In this document: positions 1 to 9,441 of the stretch, piece by piece | How positions within the stretch are numbered: the stretch's first letter is position 1 | Layout: each line of letters starts with the position of its first letter | Assembly (NCBI GenBank): GCA_045605805.1 | Contig: JAZUQR010000026.1 | Span: 1-64,000, forward strand | From: Alphaproteobacteria bacterium | GTDB taxonomy: Bacteria > Pseudomonadota > Alphaproteobacteria > CAAHEQ01 > UBA3637 | DNA: 64,000 nt | Direction: 5' to 3' | Notes under the pieces: generated by a model | The model's input: only the letters and a program-made list of their open reading frames with translations | Databases searched by the model: none | What the model was told of the DNA's origin: nothing | Program-made: the position numbers and the translations under genes

Positions 1-20
1 GAGCACCGAAGCCGATATAT

Positions 21-94
<74 letters not shown>

Positions 95-121
95 CTTCAC
101 TTTCCGCGGGCGTGTCAAAAT

Positions 122-198
122 GCGCCTGTAGCTCAGTTGGATAGAGCAACGGCCTTCTAAGCCGTGTGTCAGGAGTTCGAATCTCTTCAGGCGCACCA
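122..198 (+). tRNA. tRNA-Arg(TCT)
   Basis: Anticodon arm ACGGC-CTTCTAA-GCCGT; TTCGAAT T-loop; CCA. Confidence 0.95.
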
Positions 199-206
199 AA
201 TACTAT

Positions 207-284
207 GGCGGGTGTAGCTCAGTTGGTTAGAGCGCCAGATTGTGGCCCTGGAGGTCGTGAGTTCGATTCTCGTCGCCCGCCCCA
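207..284 (+). tRNA. tRNA-His(GTG), with encoded G-1 and C73
   Basis: Anticodon loop TTGTGGC; extra 5' G; C discriminator then CCA. Confidence 0.93.
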
Positions 285-300
285 CTTTTTTAACCTATAT

Positions 301-376
301 TGGGGTGTCGCCAAGTGGTTAAGGCACCGGATTTTGATTCCGGCATTCGTAGGTTCAAATCCTGCCACCCCAGCCA
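301..376 (+). tRNA. tRNA-Gln(TTG)
   Basis: Starts TGGGGTGTCGCCAAGTGG; anticodon arm CCGGA-TTTTGAT-TCCGG; CCA. Confidence 0.95.
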
Positions 377-419
377 AATGGCAAACAACGCGGAGATATC
401 CGCTTGTATATAAACGCGT

Positions 420-495
420 GGCCCATTAGCTCAGTCGGTAGAGCACCTGATTTTTAATCAGGGTGTCCGGAGTTCGAGTCTCCGATGGACCACCA
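420..495 (+). tRNA. tRNA-Lys(TTT)
   Basis: Anticodon arm CCTGA-TTTTTAA-TCAGG; TTCGAGT T-loop; CCA. Confidence 0.93.
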
Positions 496-499
496 ACGT

Positions 500-575
500 G
501 GATGATTAGCTCAGTTGGTAGAGCAACTGACTCTTAATCAGTGGGCCCAGGGTTCGAGTCCCTGATCGCCCACCA
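500..575 (+). tRNA. tRNA-Lys(CTT)
   Basis: Anticodon arm ACTGA-CTCTTAA-TCAGT; CCA. Confidence 0.95.
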
Positions 576-637
576 ATTTAAAAGTCTTATCAAAATTGAT
601 AAGACTTTTTTGTTTTGATATGGGATGTTCAATTCCT
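569..637 (+). repeat. Copy 1 of ~70-bp imperfect direct repeat (tRNA-Lys 3' end, terminator and tail)
   Basis: CCCACCA..GTCTTATCAAA..GATAAGACTTTTTT.TTTTGATATGGGATGTTCAATTCCT recurs at 1985-2054. Confidence 0.85.
580..611 (+). terminator. Intrinsic terminator of the tRNA cluster
   Basis: AAAAGTCTTATC...GATAAGACTTTTTT hairpin plus T-tract. Confidence 0.8.
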
Positions 638-850
638 TTCATCAATTCGTTTATGACTGCCGTCATAACTCATTGTGTTTCATTGCGTCTCACCGCAAAA
701 CTCCGGCCACAGGCAGGTTTTTGCGGTGCCGTCCTCTTTTTTTAGGAATATTTTCCGGTTCCAGTTATACCTCATAGAGGTCTTTGACAACCTCTAAAAC
801 GCAATATTCTTGCTGAACATAAGAAACTCCTTACAAAAAATTTGATAAAA

Positions 851-1825
851 TTAAAGTCTCAAGTCAAAATCTGATAAAACAGAATCTAGTTCAACTAAAT
901 TTTGGAATGTATCATAAAATTTTTCATAGGATTCCAATTCCATATCAAAATTCAAAAGAGGGATAAAACCATCTTGTTTTTCGAGAGCGATAAATATACC
1001 ATTCTTATTAATTAAAATATTGGAAGTCGAATAGATGGATTTTATTTTTTTTATTCCCTCAATAAGTTTAGGGGAGAAGATTTGCTTGGCATCATGAATA
1101 TTTATTCCGTAAATTGTATATTCATTATTAAGCTGAGAGTCATTACAATCAATAAGTTCCCAGCGTTGACCGTGTTCTAATGATTTTTTTGGATAATTTT
1201 GTGTTAATTTTTCCTGAGACAGATTGTATTCATGTTTCTTGTCCAAAATTAATAAAGAAGAATTGGTCCAAAAAATTTTCTGTGATGAAACAAGCCAACC
1301 TGTAAATACAGTGGATTCTATATGTTCAGGGTCTGTGTACGCTAATTCAAGAAAGCTCGCAGAAAGATTACAATAAGTTTTTTTTAGCGAAAAAGACTGA
1401 TCGATAGAAAACGCATTAAAAATAGGCAAAAAACCATAGTCAGATAAAATATTGATAAGTTTATCATCTTTACTAGTTTTGGGAAGAGGGGTTAAATTTA
1501 ATGCTGAAAAAACTTTCGACTCTACCTGCATGTCAATTTTACGACTAATTTTATCAGAAAGATAGAGTGAAAAGAAAAAAAGAAAAACCGAGAGAGAAAT
1601 GGATGAGAATACGGATAGAAGTTTAACAACCATAAAATCAATGCCTAAAATAGAGGAAAAAATGAGACAAAAAACCCAATAAAATACTACAGATGAAATG
1701 GGTAGAGCTATAAATAAATATTCAAATGAAAGTATTTCTACCAATTTCTCTTTCCATTTACAAGATGAGAGAATTGGAAAAATTTGAGTCTGTACTCTGT
1801 CTAAAAAATCTTGCTTTGATATCAT
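851..1825 (-). CDS. Membrane protein, two N-terminal TM helices plus soluble domain (DUF3137-like)
   Basis: Long ORF in AT-rich DNA; hydrophobic N-terminal helices; family call from overall architecture only. Confidence 0.6.
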   Translation of the reverse strand: MISKQDFLDRVQTQIFPILSSCKWKEKLVEILSFEYLFIALPISSVVFYWVFCLIFSSILGIDFMVVKLLSVFSSISLSVFLFFFSLYLSDKISRKIDMQVESKVFSALNLTPLPKTSKDDKLINILSDYGFLPIFNAFSIDQSFSLKKTYCNLSASFLELAYTDPEHIESTVFTGWLVSSQKIFWTNSSLLILDKKHEYNLSQEKLTQNYPKKSLEHGQRWELIDCNDSQLNNEYTIYGINIHDAKQIFSPKLIEGIKKIKSIYSTSNILINKNGIFIALEKQDGFIPLLNFDMELESYEKFYDTFQNLVELDSVLSDFDLRL

Positions 1826-1984
1826 GAAAAATCCCCGTCCTTTCACCTAGGAAGTTATCACATAAAATCAGACAATGCAATATTTTTTTGTGAGAGAAAA
1901 GGTATAACTGGTTTTTGATATTTTGAATCCGTTTAGTGAAGCATATTAACTCATCCACATTTGTCCGAAGATAGCATGCAATCC

Positions 1985-2054
1985 CCCACCATCTAAAAAA
2001 GTCTTATCAAAGTAGATAAGACTTTTTTATTTTGATATGGGATGTTCAATTCCT
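1985..2054 (+). repeat. Copy 2 of ~70-bp direct repeat (att-like scar)
   Basis: Near identity to 569-637; no intact tRNA upstream. Confidence 0.85.
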
Positions 2055-2156
2055 GGATCTAGAGGTTGTATTGATTTAGCAAATCAGATGGACGATTTTA
2101 CAAAGTGGTATGAAAACAATGCAAAAGATATTCCTTTGATTGTTAAATATAAATAA
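2049..2156 (+). pseudogene. 3' fragment of a Tlde1/DUF2778-like (L,D-transpeptidase fold) gene
   Basis: Reads IPGSRGCIDLANQMDDFTKWYENNAKDIPLIVKYK*; SxGC motif; followed by hairpin GGGTGTATTC..GAATGCACCC. Confidence 0.45.
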
Positions 2157-2230
2157 TCGCAAAATGGGTGTATTCAGAAACGAATGCACCCTATAATTTT
2201 ATTGGATTGATTGTAAAATGTGCAGAATTG

Positions 2231-2372
2231 ACTGGACACTAAAGTTTTTCAAAGCATTCATTGTCTTGTAACGAAAGGAGTCATTATGAAAACAGTGAAA
2301 GTCTATTGAGTGCGAAAACCTTCGGATTTTGAAGAAGTAAAAACCTTATGCAAAAAGTATGCACAAGAAATA
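2231..2372 (+). pseudogene. Truncated copy of the phage-like small gene (DUF6329-like) with its conserved upstream motif
   Basis: High DNA similarity to 41553-41690; ATG at 2286, TGA at codon 8, then truncated. Confidence 0.8.
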
Positions 2373-2378
2373 ACTTTC

Positions 2379-2407
2379 TTGACAATTTGTGGAGAGTGTG
2401 ATAGAGT
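2379..2407 (+). promoter_or_regulatory. Sigma70-type promoter of metK
   Basis: TTGACA-17 nt-TAGAGT with an extended TG. Confidence 0.6.
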
Positions 2408-2438
2408 CTTAGCGAAGTTATCAATGACGGTGGCTTCA

Positions 2439-2486
2439 ATGTGGATTTAACCTAACTTGTCCCACAACAGCGGACTAAACAAGGAG
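2439..2486 (+). ncRNA. SAM-II/SAM-V-like riboswitch candidate
   Basis: TGTGG/CCACA stem enclosing GATTTAACC; 3' CTAAA running into the AAGGAG RBS; directly upstream of metK. Confidence 0.6.
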
Positions 2487-2494
2487 AATGACTT

Positions 2495-3538
2495 ATGCAA
2501 AAAACAGCAGAAGCGGTGTCATTGGGACACCCAGATAAAATATCAGATTATATTTCAAGTTATATTTTGGATAGACTTATTGAGCAAGACCCCTTGGTCA
2601 AATATGCCATAGAAGTGATGATTAAAAATAATCACATTGTCTTGGGCGGTGAGATTAAAGGGAATGTTTCATTGGTCAATCTGAAACAAGATGTATTGTG
2701 TGCCTTGGATGAAATTGGTTATACAACCGAATATGCCAAAAGATGGGGGCATTACGCCATAGAGCCGAATAAAGTTCAAATCACCAATTTAATTGGCCAA
2801 CAATCATGCGAAATCAATCAAGGGGTAGAGCAAAACGGTTGGGGTGATCAAGGCGTGTTTGTGGGCTATGCCTGTCAAGGCGAAGGCTTGATAAATCGGG
2901 AATTGTTTTTGGCAAGAAAGTTGAATAAAGCCCTGTATAAAAAGGCCAAAAAATCGCTTCATTTGGGATTGGATATTAAAACACAAATCACTTTGAACAA
3001 AGGGAAAATTGAAACAGCTATCGTGGCTATCCCAATGTTAAAGGATGAGGATTTGTCACACTTTATCATTGAAACCTTGGGCGAAAAACCACAAAATATC
3101 ATCATCAATGGAACAGGCAGTTATACCGTCCATGCCTCCATTGCCGATTGTGGTATAACCGGACGTAAATTAGCCTGTGATTTTTATTCCACAGCATGCC
3201 CTATTGGTGGTGGAAGCCCATGGACAAAAGATGCCACGAAGGCCGATTTAACCTTAAATCTTTATGCACGCCAGTTGGCCATTGAAAATCTTGAAGACAA
3301 TGACGAATGTTTTGTCTATCTGTCATCATGTATCGGGCGAGCCGAATTGCCAAGTGGCTTGATTAAAACAATCAAAAACGGACAAGAGCATAACAGACAA
3401 TTGTGGTGCAATCAATCACCCAAAATATTGATTCAATATTTGGGATTGGATAAACCAGTTTATGCCAAATTATGTCGTGACGGGTTGCAATCATTACGCC
3501 TTGAAAAAACAAGAGTGTCTGGACAAGACACCATATAA
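2495..3538 (+). CDS. metK: Methionine adenosyltransferase (divergent, short)
   Basis: E.V..GHPDK, GDQG, D.G.TGRKL and GGG motifs. Confidence 0.9.
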   Translation: MQKTAEAVSLGHPDKISDYISSYILDRLIEQDPLVKYAIEVMIKNNHIVLGGEIKGNVSLVNLKQDVLCALDEIGYTTEYAKRWGHYAIEPNKVQITNLIGQQSCEINQGVEQNGWGDQGVFVGYACQGEGLINRELFLARKLNKALYKKAKKSLHLGLDIKTQITLNKGKIETAIVAIPMLKDEDLSHFIIETLGEKPQNIIINGTGSYTVHASIADCGITGRKLACDFYSTACPIGGGSPWTKDATKADLTLNLYARQLAIENLEDNDECFVYLSSCIGRAELPSGLIKTIKNGQEHNRQLWCNQSPKILIQYLGLDKPVYAKLCRDGLQSLRLEKTRVSGQDTI

Positions 3539-3600
3539 AGTTTGGTTTTTCTTGACAAGTCCATAAAAGCACATTACCTCCACCATAAAGGGGAGGTCGT

Positions 3601-4689
3601 ATGAAAAAAAATCTGTCTTTGTTGGCCTTGATTGTGTTTGTGATTGGGGTGTTTGGGATGGGTCGTATCACAAAACACCCCCCAGAGCCACCCCACGAAT
3701 CATCGGAAGTTTTAACGGTTGCCGTTAAAGAGCTGAAAACCTCAGAGTTTGACTATAAACAAAGCTATATTGGTTTTGTTCAAGCCGTTCAATCAGTGGA
3801 TATTGTACCATATCTGGCTGGTTTTTTGGATAAAGTTCTGGTTCAATCGGGCAAAGAAGTGGCGAAAAACGAAGTGTTGTTTATATTGGACCAGCGCATA
3901 CCATTGGCAAAATTGAATGAAGCCAAAGAAGCAATGATGCAAGCTAAAGCCACCCGAGATAATGCCCGCAGTTTTTATGAACGCATCCAAAAAACAGATG
4001 CCAAAGCCATTTCTTCAACCGAATTGGAAGAGGCGCAAACAAAGTTTCAAGCCGCAGAAGCCGACCTTCAACAAGCCATAGCCACCCAAAATCAGGCACA
4101 AACTTTAATGGATTATACGGTGATTCAAGCCCCCATCAACGGATGGGTTGGAAATATCACAGCCACCGTTGGCGAATATCTGTCGCCACAAGGCAAAAGG
4201 CTGGCTCGGATTATTTCGTTTTCGCCAATGCGTTTAACCTTTGGCGTTCCGTTGGCCATAGAAAGCCCCAGATTCTTGAAAGAACCATCCACATTGGAAG
4301 TTGTTCTGTCTAATGGTCAAAAAAAGTATTGGTCCGATTTTGAAGTGCGTCGCAACAATCAAGCCAATCAAACAACCGATTCTGTTTCTTATTTTATTGA
4401 TGTGGAAAATCCGCAAAAGATTTTTGTACCGGATGCCTATGTGGAAGTCAATTTTATCTTTAAGGAAACAGGGATATTGGTGGATAAAAATTGGGTCTAT
4501 CTCACCCCAACGGGAAGCGAAGTTTTTGTGCTTGAAAACGGTATCATTGAAAAAAGAAAAGTGGAAATAGAAGCCAGCATTCAAAATCAGTATTGGATAA
4601 AATCAGGCCTGAACGAAGGGGATAAGATCATCATTGTTCCCATCTCTGTGGCGCAAATCGGACAACAGGCCAAAGGAGTTCTAAAATGA
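3601..4689 (+). CDS. RND efflux periplasmic adaptor (MFP) subunit
   Basis: N-terminal anchor, lipoyl halves (GKEVAKNEVLFILD; IQAPINGWVG), coiled coil, C-terminal GLNEGDKII. Confidence 0.9.
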   Translation: MKKNLSLLALIVFVIGVFGMGRITKHPPEPPHESSEVLTVAVKELKTSEFDYKQSYIGFVQAVQSVDIVPYLAGFLDKVLVQSGKEVAKNEVLFILDQRIPLAKLNEAKEAMMQAKATRDNARSFYERIQKTDAKAISSTELEEAQTKFQAAEADLQQAIATQNQAQTLMDYTVIQAPINGWVGNITATVGEYLSPQGKRLARIISFSPMRLTFGVPLAIESPRFLKEPSTLEVVLSNGQKKYWSDFEVRRNNQANQTTDSVSYFIDVENPQKIFVPDAYVEVNFIFKETGILVDKNWVYLTPTGSEVFVLENGIIEKRKVEIEASIQNQYWIKSGLNEGDKIIIVPISVAQIGQQAKGVLK

Positions 4690-7600
4690 ATTTTTCGTCT
4701 TTTTTTATCACACGCCCTCGCTTTGCCACAGTGATTGCGGTTGTGATGGTTTTGGCCGGCCTAATCGCAGGGCTTGTTTTGCCTGTATCTCAATATCCCA
4801 ACATAACACCGCCACAAATTGTGATTTCCGCCAACTATCCTGGGGCAAATGCACAAGTTTTGGCCGAAACGGTGGCCACCCCCATAGAAAATGAAATCAA
4901 CGGCGTGGAAAATATGTTGTATATGTCATCCACCTCAACAGATACGGGCCAATATACCCTAACCATCACTTTTGATGTGGGAACAGATGCCGATATGGCT
5001 CAGGTTAAAGTGGAAAATCGCCTAGATAAAGCCAAGCCCTTTTTGCCGGATATCGTGGTGCAAGAAGGGCTTCAAGTGAATCAACAATCATCTAACATAT
5101 TGGCCTTTATCGCTTTGACTTCTCCAAACAGCACCTATGATGCCCTCTATTTAAGCAACTTTGCCTTCACGCGCATTCAAAATCCATTCAAGCGGATTGA
5201 TGGTATGGGCGATGTCAATATCTATGGTCCGCAATACAGTATGCGTATTTGGTTGGATGTGGAAAAAATGAACGGCTTAAAAATAACCTCCTCTGAGGTG
5301 ATTCAAGCCATAGAATCGCAAAACAATGTACAAGGCGTTGGCAGCTTGTCCACCGCCCCAAGCCCGCAAGGCACCAACCAAGTGCTGTCCCTAACAACAA
5401 AAGGCTTTTTAACCACAACGCAAGAGTTTGAAGAGATTGTTGTGCGTGCCTCGTTAAAAGGGGGTGTTATCCGATTAAAGGATATTGCCCGCATAGAAAT
5501 GGGGGCAGACAGTTATCAGCTTTCGGCAAGTTATAATAATCAACCCTCAGTGGTGATGAGCCTCAGCCAATTACCCAATTCCAATTCATTGCAAATTATG
5601 AACGCCTTGAAAAAGGAAATGGAAACACTTAAAAAATCTTTTCCGCCGGATATAGATTTCAAAATCGTCTATGATTCCACCACCTATGTGAAAGCAAGTA
5701 TTCACGCTATTTTAATGACTTTGTTCATCACATTCGTGTTGGTGATGTTGGTGGTTTTTGTTTTTTTACAGGATATCAAAGCCACTTTGATTCCCATGAT
5801 AACCATACCGGTTTCTTTGATAACAACATTCGTTGTGATTTATATGTTAGGGTTTGATATCAATATCTTGACTCTGTTTGCCATGATTTTGGCCATCGGT
5901 TTGGTGGTGGATGATGCCATTGTGGTGGTAGAGAGGGTTCAATATCTGATGAAATATAAACAGATGACAAGCCTTGATGCATCGGTTCAGGCCATGAAAG
6001 ATATCACCAGTTCGGTCATTGCCACAACGCTTGTGCTGTTGGCGATTTTCATCCCTGTGGGTTTAATGGCCGGTATGACGGGAAAAATCTATCAACAATT
6101 TGCGGTCACATTGGCCACAGCCGTTTTCTTTTCGTCTATCAATGCTTTAACACTCAGTCCCGCCTTGTGCGCTATTTTTTTGAAAGAAAATAAAACCTCC
6201 AATCAAACATGGACAAAAGTCTTTAATCAAGCCTTAGATAAAGGGGAAAACATATACACCAAAAGCGTTGGATATTTGTGCCGGCATATGAAAATATGTC
6301 TGATAACAAGTGCCTGTGTTTTGTGCGTTGTAGGATGGTTGTTTATGCGCATTCCTCAAAACTTTATTCCCCAAGAAGATCAAGGGATGATATTGGCCAG
6401 TGTTCAATTGCCATCTACTGCCTCAATCAATCAAACGCAAGAATTGCTGTATCAGATGTCTGCCAAAATACGACAAATGAAAGGGATAGAGTCTTTCATC
6501 GGCATTTCTGGAAACAGTATGTTATCGGCAAGTGGGGAAAATATCGGTATGGCGGCCATCGTACTGCGCCCTTGGGAGGAACGGGATAAACAAAAATTAT
6601 CAATGGACAAAATCTTGAATAACTTGAATAAGCTGTATGCCAAAAACCCTCAGGCACAAATCAATTTTTTTGCTATGCCATCCATCCCAGGGGTCGGCAA
6701 CGCAGATGGCTTGACTTTTCAATTAAATGCAGTAGATGAAAAAATCACGCCATCCGAATTGGAAGCAAGTTTGCAAAAGGTGTTGCAGTTTATCAACAAC
6801 AGTCCGCTGTTCAGTGTGGGATTTTCGCCTTTTACAGCCAACACCCCACATATTTATCTGGATATTGACAGAACAAAGTTGTCGGCCTATCAAGTGCCGC
6901 TTGCTAATTTGTTGCAGGTTTTACAAAATAATCTTGGATCACGATATGTGAATAATTTTGTGCTAGACGGTCAAATCAATAAAGTGATTGTGCAAGCGGA
7001 TTTTGATGCGCGTCAAAGTACAGAGCAGGTTGAAAAACTCTATGTGCCAAACACAAATGGGCAATTGATTCAAATCCAAAACTTTATGACAAAAAAAATT
7101 GTGTTTATGCCACAAATTATCTATCGTTTCAATCAATATCTCAGCGCAGGCATCAATGCCCAAACAGCCCCACGAATAAGCACAGGAGAGGGGATATCGG
7201 CCCTTGAAAACTTTAACCTTGACAAACAATTTAATTTGGCGTGGACAGGTCTGACTTTTCAAGAAGTGGAAACATCTGGCTTGGCCTTGATTTTAATCAG
7301 CTTGGCGGTTTTGTTTTCTTATCTGTTTTTGGTGGCCTTGTATGAAAGTTGGTGGATTGCTATGGCTGTTATTTTAACCAATGTCTTTGGCGTTTTGGGG
7401 GCCTTGTTGGGCTTAAAAATATCTGGACTTTCTTTAACAATTTATGCCCAGTTGGGGATTGTCATGTTGATTGGATTGGCAAGTAAGAACGCCATCTTGA
7501 TTGTTCAGTTTATTTTGGATAATCAACACGCAGGGATGGACAGAATCTCGGCCTCGTTAAAAGGTTCAGGCGAAAGATTTCGGGCTGTGGTGATGACCGC

Positions 7601-9200
7601 ATTGACCTTCATCTTGGGAACTTTCCCCATGGTTGTGGCCACAGGGGCAGGGGCAGCCAGCCAGCGTTCCATCGGGACAGTCGTATTCTGGGGAATGATT
7701 GTGGCAACCTGTGTGGGTATTGTGTTTGTGCCGGCCTATTTTGTGTTGTTTGATATCATTGCACAACAGTTCAGCAAAAAGAAAAAACAAATCATATCGG
7801 GGATAATGTTTCTGATTACAGGAGCAGGGTTGTGTGCTTGTTCTGTGGGGCCGGATTATCAACAACCCACTTTCTTTTCGGACGAACAATTGCAACAGGC
7901 CTTGAACACAGTGCCAAGCAAATCATCGGATAAAATAAATGAAAAATTATTTGACAATACATTAAAAACATTGTGGAAAAAAGCCCAAGAAAATAACCCT
8001 ACATTAAAAAGTGCCTTGTGGCGTTTGCATCAATCTCGGGCCAGTGTGAAAATTGCCAAAGCCGGTTTGTTGCCACAATTAGATGCTGCCGCCCAATATC
8101 AAGCCGTCACAGACAGCAAAAATATGGGGCTGATAATGGAAGACAGTTATTATATGATAGGGTTGGATGCGGCGTGGGAGTTAGATTTGTTCGGAGGCAA
8201 AAGACGCCGCATAGAAGCCGAAAAAGCCAATTTGAAACAAGCCTTATATGCAGTTCAAAATACCTTTTTGTCGTTGAATGCAGAAGTGGCAAGATTATAC
8301 ATTCAAGCCCGTACCACAGATGAATTGTTGCGTCAAACAAAAGAAAATATCCGCTTACAAACTGAAATGACAAAGTTGGTGGCCGATAAAAAAGAAACAG
8401 GGCTGGCAAGCCAATTGTCGTTGGAGCAGGCTCTGTATCTGTTAAAAAATACAACAGCCCAGTTAGCCCAACTAGTTTATCAAAAAGAAGAAGCTGAAAA
8501 TGCCTTATCATTAGTGTTGGGGGAATTGCCGGGCAGTGTAAAAGAATTGTTGGCCCAAGAAAAAGAAACACTTCTCAGTCGTCCCTTTGATTTTGATTTG
8601 AACGAAATCACGGCTGTGTCCGCCTCGGTTTTACGCCACCGTCCAGATGTAAAGTCGGCCGAAGAAGCCCTGATCGCCCAAAATGCCATGATAGGTGTGG
8701 CAGTTTCTCAAATGTTCCCACAAATTAAACTCTCCGCCTTGTTTGGTTTGGAAGCATTGGATTGGAATGATGTTTGGAAAAATAACAGTTTTACAAAAAA
8801 TATCATACCGTCTGTCACCACGCCGATTTTTCATTTTGGGGCGTTAAAAGAAAATGTGAATATCCAAAAAGCCATCAAAGAGGAACGATTGGCTGATTAT
8901 GAACAGGCCTTATTGAATGCTGCCAACGAAGTGAAAAACGCTATCACCGCATTGTTTCAAGAACGCCTGCGTTATCAGGCTTTGCAAGAAACCTTTAATC
9001 ATGCGGATAAAGTGGCTCAATTGATGCAGAATAAATATAAAAATGGATTGATAGAATACACCCAAGTGCTTCAATCAGAACAAAACCGACTTCAAGCGCA
9101 AAGCGAAATGATACAATCAGCCGGCACATTATATGCCAATTTGATTCACTTTTATAAAGCAATCGGAAAAGATTTGAACTTTAAGGAAGGGCAAAACTAA
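4686..9200 (+). CDS. HAE1-type RND permease fused to a NodT/OprM-type outer-membrane factor
   Basis: First ~1030 aa AcrB-like (GLVVDDAIVVVE, GLASKNAILIV); from Cys1052 CSVGPDY, WELDLFG, RPDVKSAE OMF motifs; single open frame. Confidence 0.9.
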   Translation: MNFSSFFITRPRFATVIAVVMVLAGLIAGLVLPVSQYPNITPPQIVISANYPGANAQVLAETVATPIENEINGVENMLYMSSTSTDTGQYTLTITFDVGTDADMAQVKVENRLDKAKPFLPDIVVQEGLQVNQQSSNILAFIALTSPNSTYDALYLSNFAFTRIQNPFKRIDGMGDVNIYGPQYSMRIWLDVEKMNGLKITSSEVIQAIESQNNVQGVGSLSTAPSPQGTNQVLSLTTKGFLTTTQEFEEIVVRASLKGGVIRLKDIARIEMGADSYQLSASYNNQPSVVMSLSQLPNSNSLQIMNALKKEMETLKKSFPPDIDFKIVYDSTTYVKASIHAILMTLFITFVLVMLVVFVFLQDIKATLIPMITIPVSLITTFVVIYMLGFDINILTLFAMILAIGLVVDDAIVVVERVQYLMKYKQMTSLDASVQAMKDITSSVIATTLVLLAIFIPVGLMAGMTGKIYQQFAVTLATAVFFSSINALTLSPALCAIFLKENKTSNQTWTKVFNQALDKGENIYTKSVGYLCRHMKICLITSACVLCVVGWLFMRIPQNFIPQEDQGMILASVQLPSTASINQTQELLYQMSAKIRQMKGIESFIGISGNSMLSASGENIGMAAIVLRPWEERDKQKLSMDKILNNLNKLYAKNPQAQINFFAMPSIPGVGNADGLTFQLNAVDEKITPSELEASLQKVLQFINNSPLFSVGFSPFTANTPHIYLDIDRTKLSAYQVPLANLLQVLQNNLGSRYVNNFVLDGQINKVIVQADFDARQSTEQVEKLYVPNTNGQLIQIQNFMTKKIVFMPQIIYRFNQYLSAGINAQTAPRISTGEGISALENFNLDKQFNLAWTGLTFQEVETSGLALILISLAVLFSYLFLVALYESWWIAMAVILTNVFGVLGALLGLKISGLSLTIYAQLGIVMLIGLASKNAILIVQFILDNQHAGMDRISASLKGSGERFRAVVMTALTFILGTFPMVVATGAGAASQRSIGTVVFWGMIVATCVGIVFVPAYFVLFDIIAQQFSKKKKQIISGIMFLITGAGLCACSVGPDYQQPTFFSDEQLQQALNTVPSKSSDKINEKLFDNTLKTLWKKAQENNPTLKSALWRLHQSRASVKIAKAGLLPQLDAAAQYQAVTDSKNMGLIMEDSYYMIGLDAAWELDLFGGKRRRIEAEKANLKQALYAVQNTFLSLNAEVARLYIQARTTDELLRQTKENIRLQTEMTKLVADKKETGLASQLSLEQALYLLKNTTAQLAQLVYQKEEAENALSLVLGELPGSVKELLAQEKETLLSRPFDFDLNEITAVSASVLRHRPDVKSAEEALIAQNAMIGVAVSQMFPQIKLSALFGLEALDWNDVWKNNSFTKNIIPSVTTPIFHFGALKENVNIQKAIKEERLADYEQALLNAANEVKNAITALFQERLRYQALQETFNHADKVAQLMQNKYKNGLIEYTQVLQSEQNRLQAQSEMIQSAGTLYANLIHFYKAIGKDLNFKEGQN

Positions 9201-9421
9201 TCGGCTTTTTTAACAAATAAATTGCAATGACAATGTCCCATTTCGGCCACTTCCTGTGCATGTTCGGCACAAGGACAAAGTCCCCGAGATTGATCACATG
9301 GGCAATTTCCGTTGCAGGCTGTTAAACAGCGTTTCAAAATCTTGTCCGCAAAAGGCGATAATTCCCACCCCTTCGCTTCGGCATATAAAGCCACAGCATG
9401 CTTAAAATGTTCAATTTCCAT
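9197..9421 (-). CDS. Ferredoxin:thioredoxin reductase catalytic-subunit-like protein
   Basis: CPC...CPC...GHCHCNLF motifs; AGGAG RBS. Confidence 0.8.
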   Translation of the reverse strand: MEIEHFKHAVALYAEAKGWELSPFADKILKRCLTACNGNCPCDQSRGLCPCAEHAQEVAEMGHCHCNLFVKKAD

Positions 9422-9441
9422 AAATTATTCTCCTTTGTTGA

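Noticed and set aside
207-284. Unusual alphaproteobacterial tRNA-His lacking G-1
   Set aside because: G-1 and C73 are both encoded, so this is the standard type
166-429. 87-aa ORF
   Set aside because: Overlaps several tRNA genes; spurious
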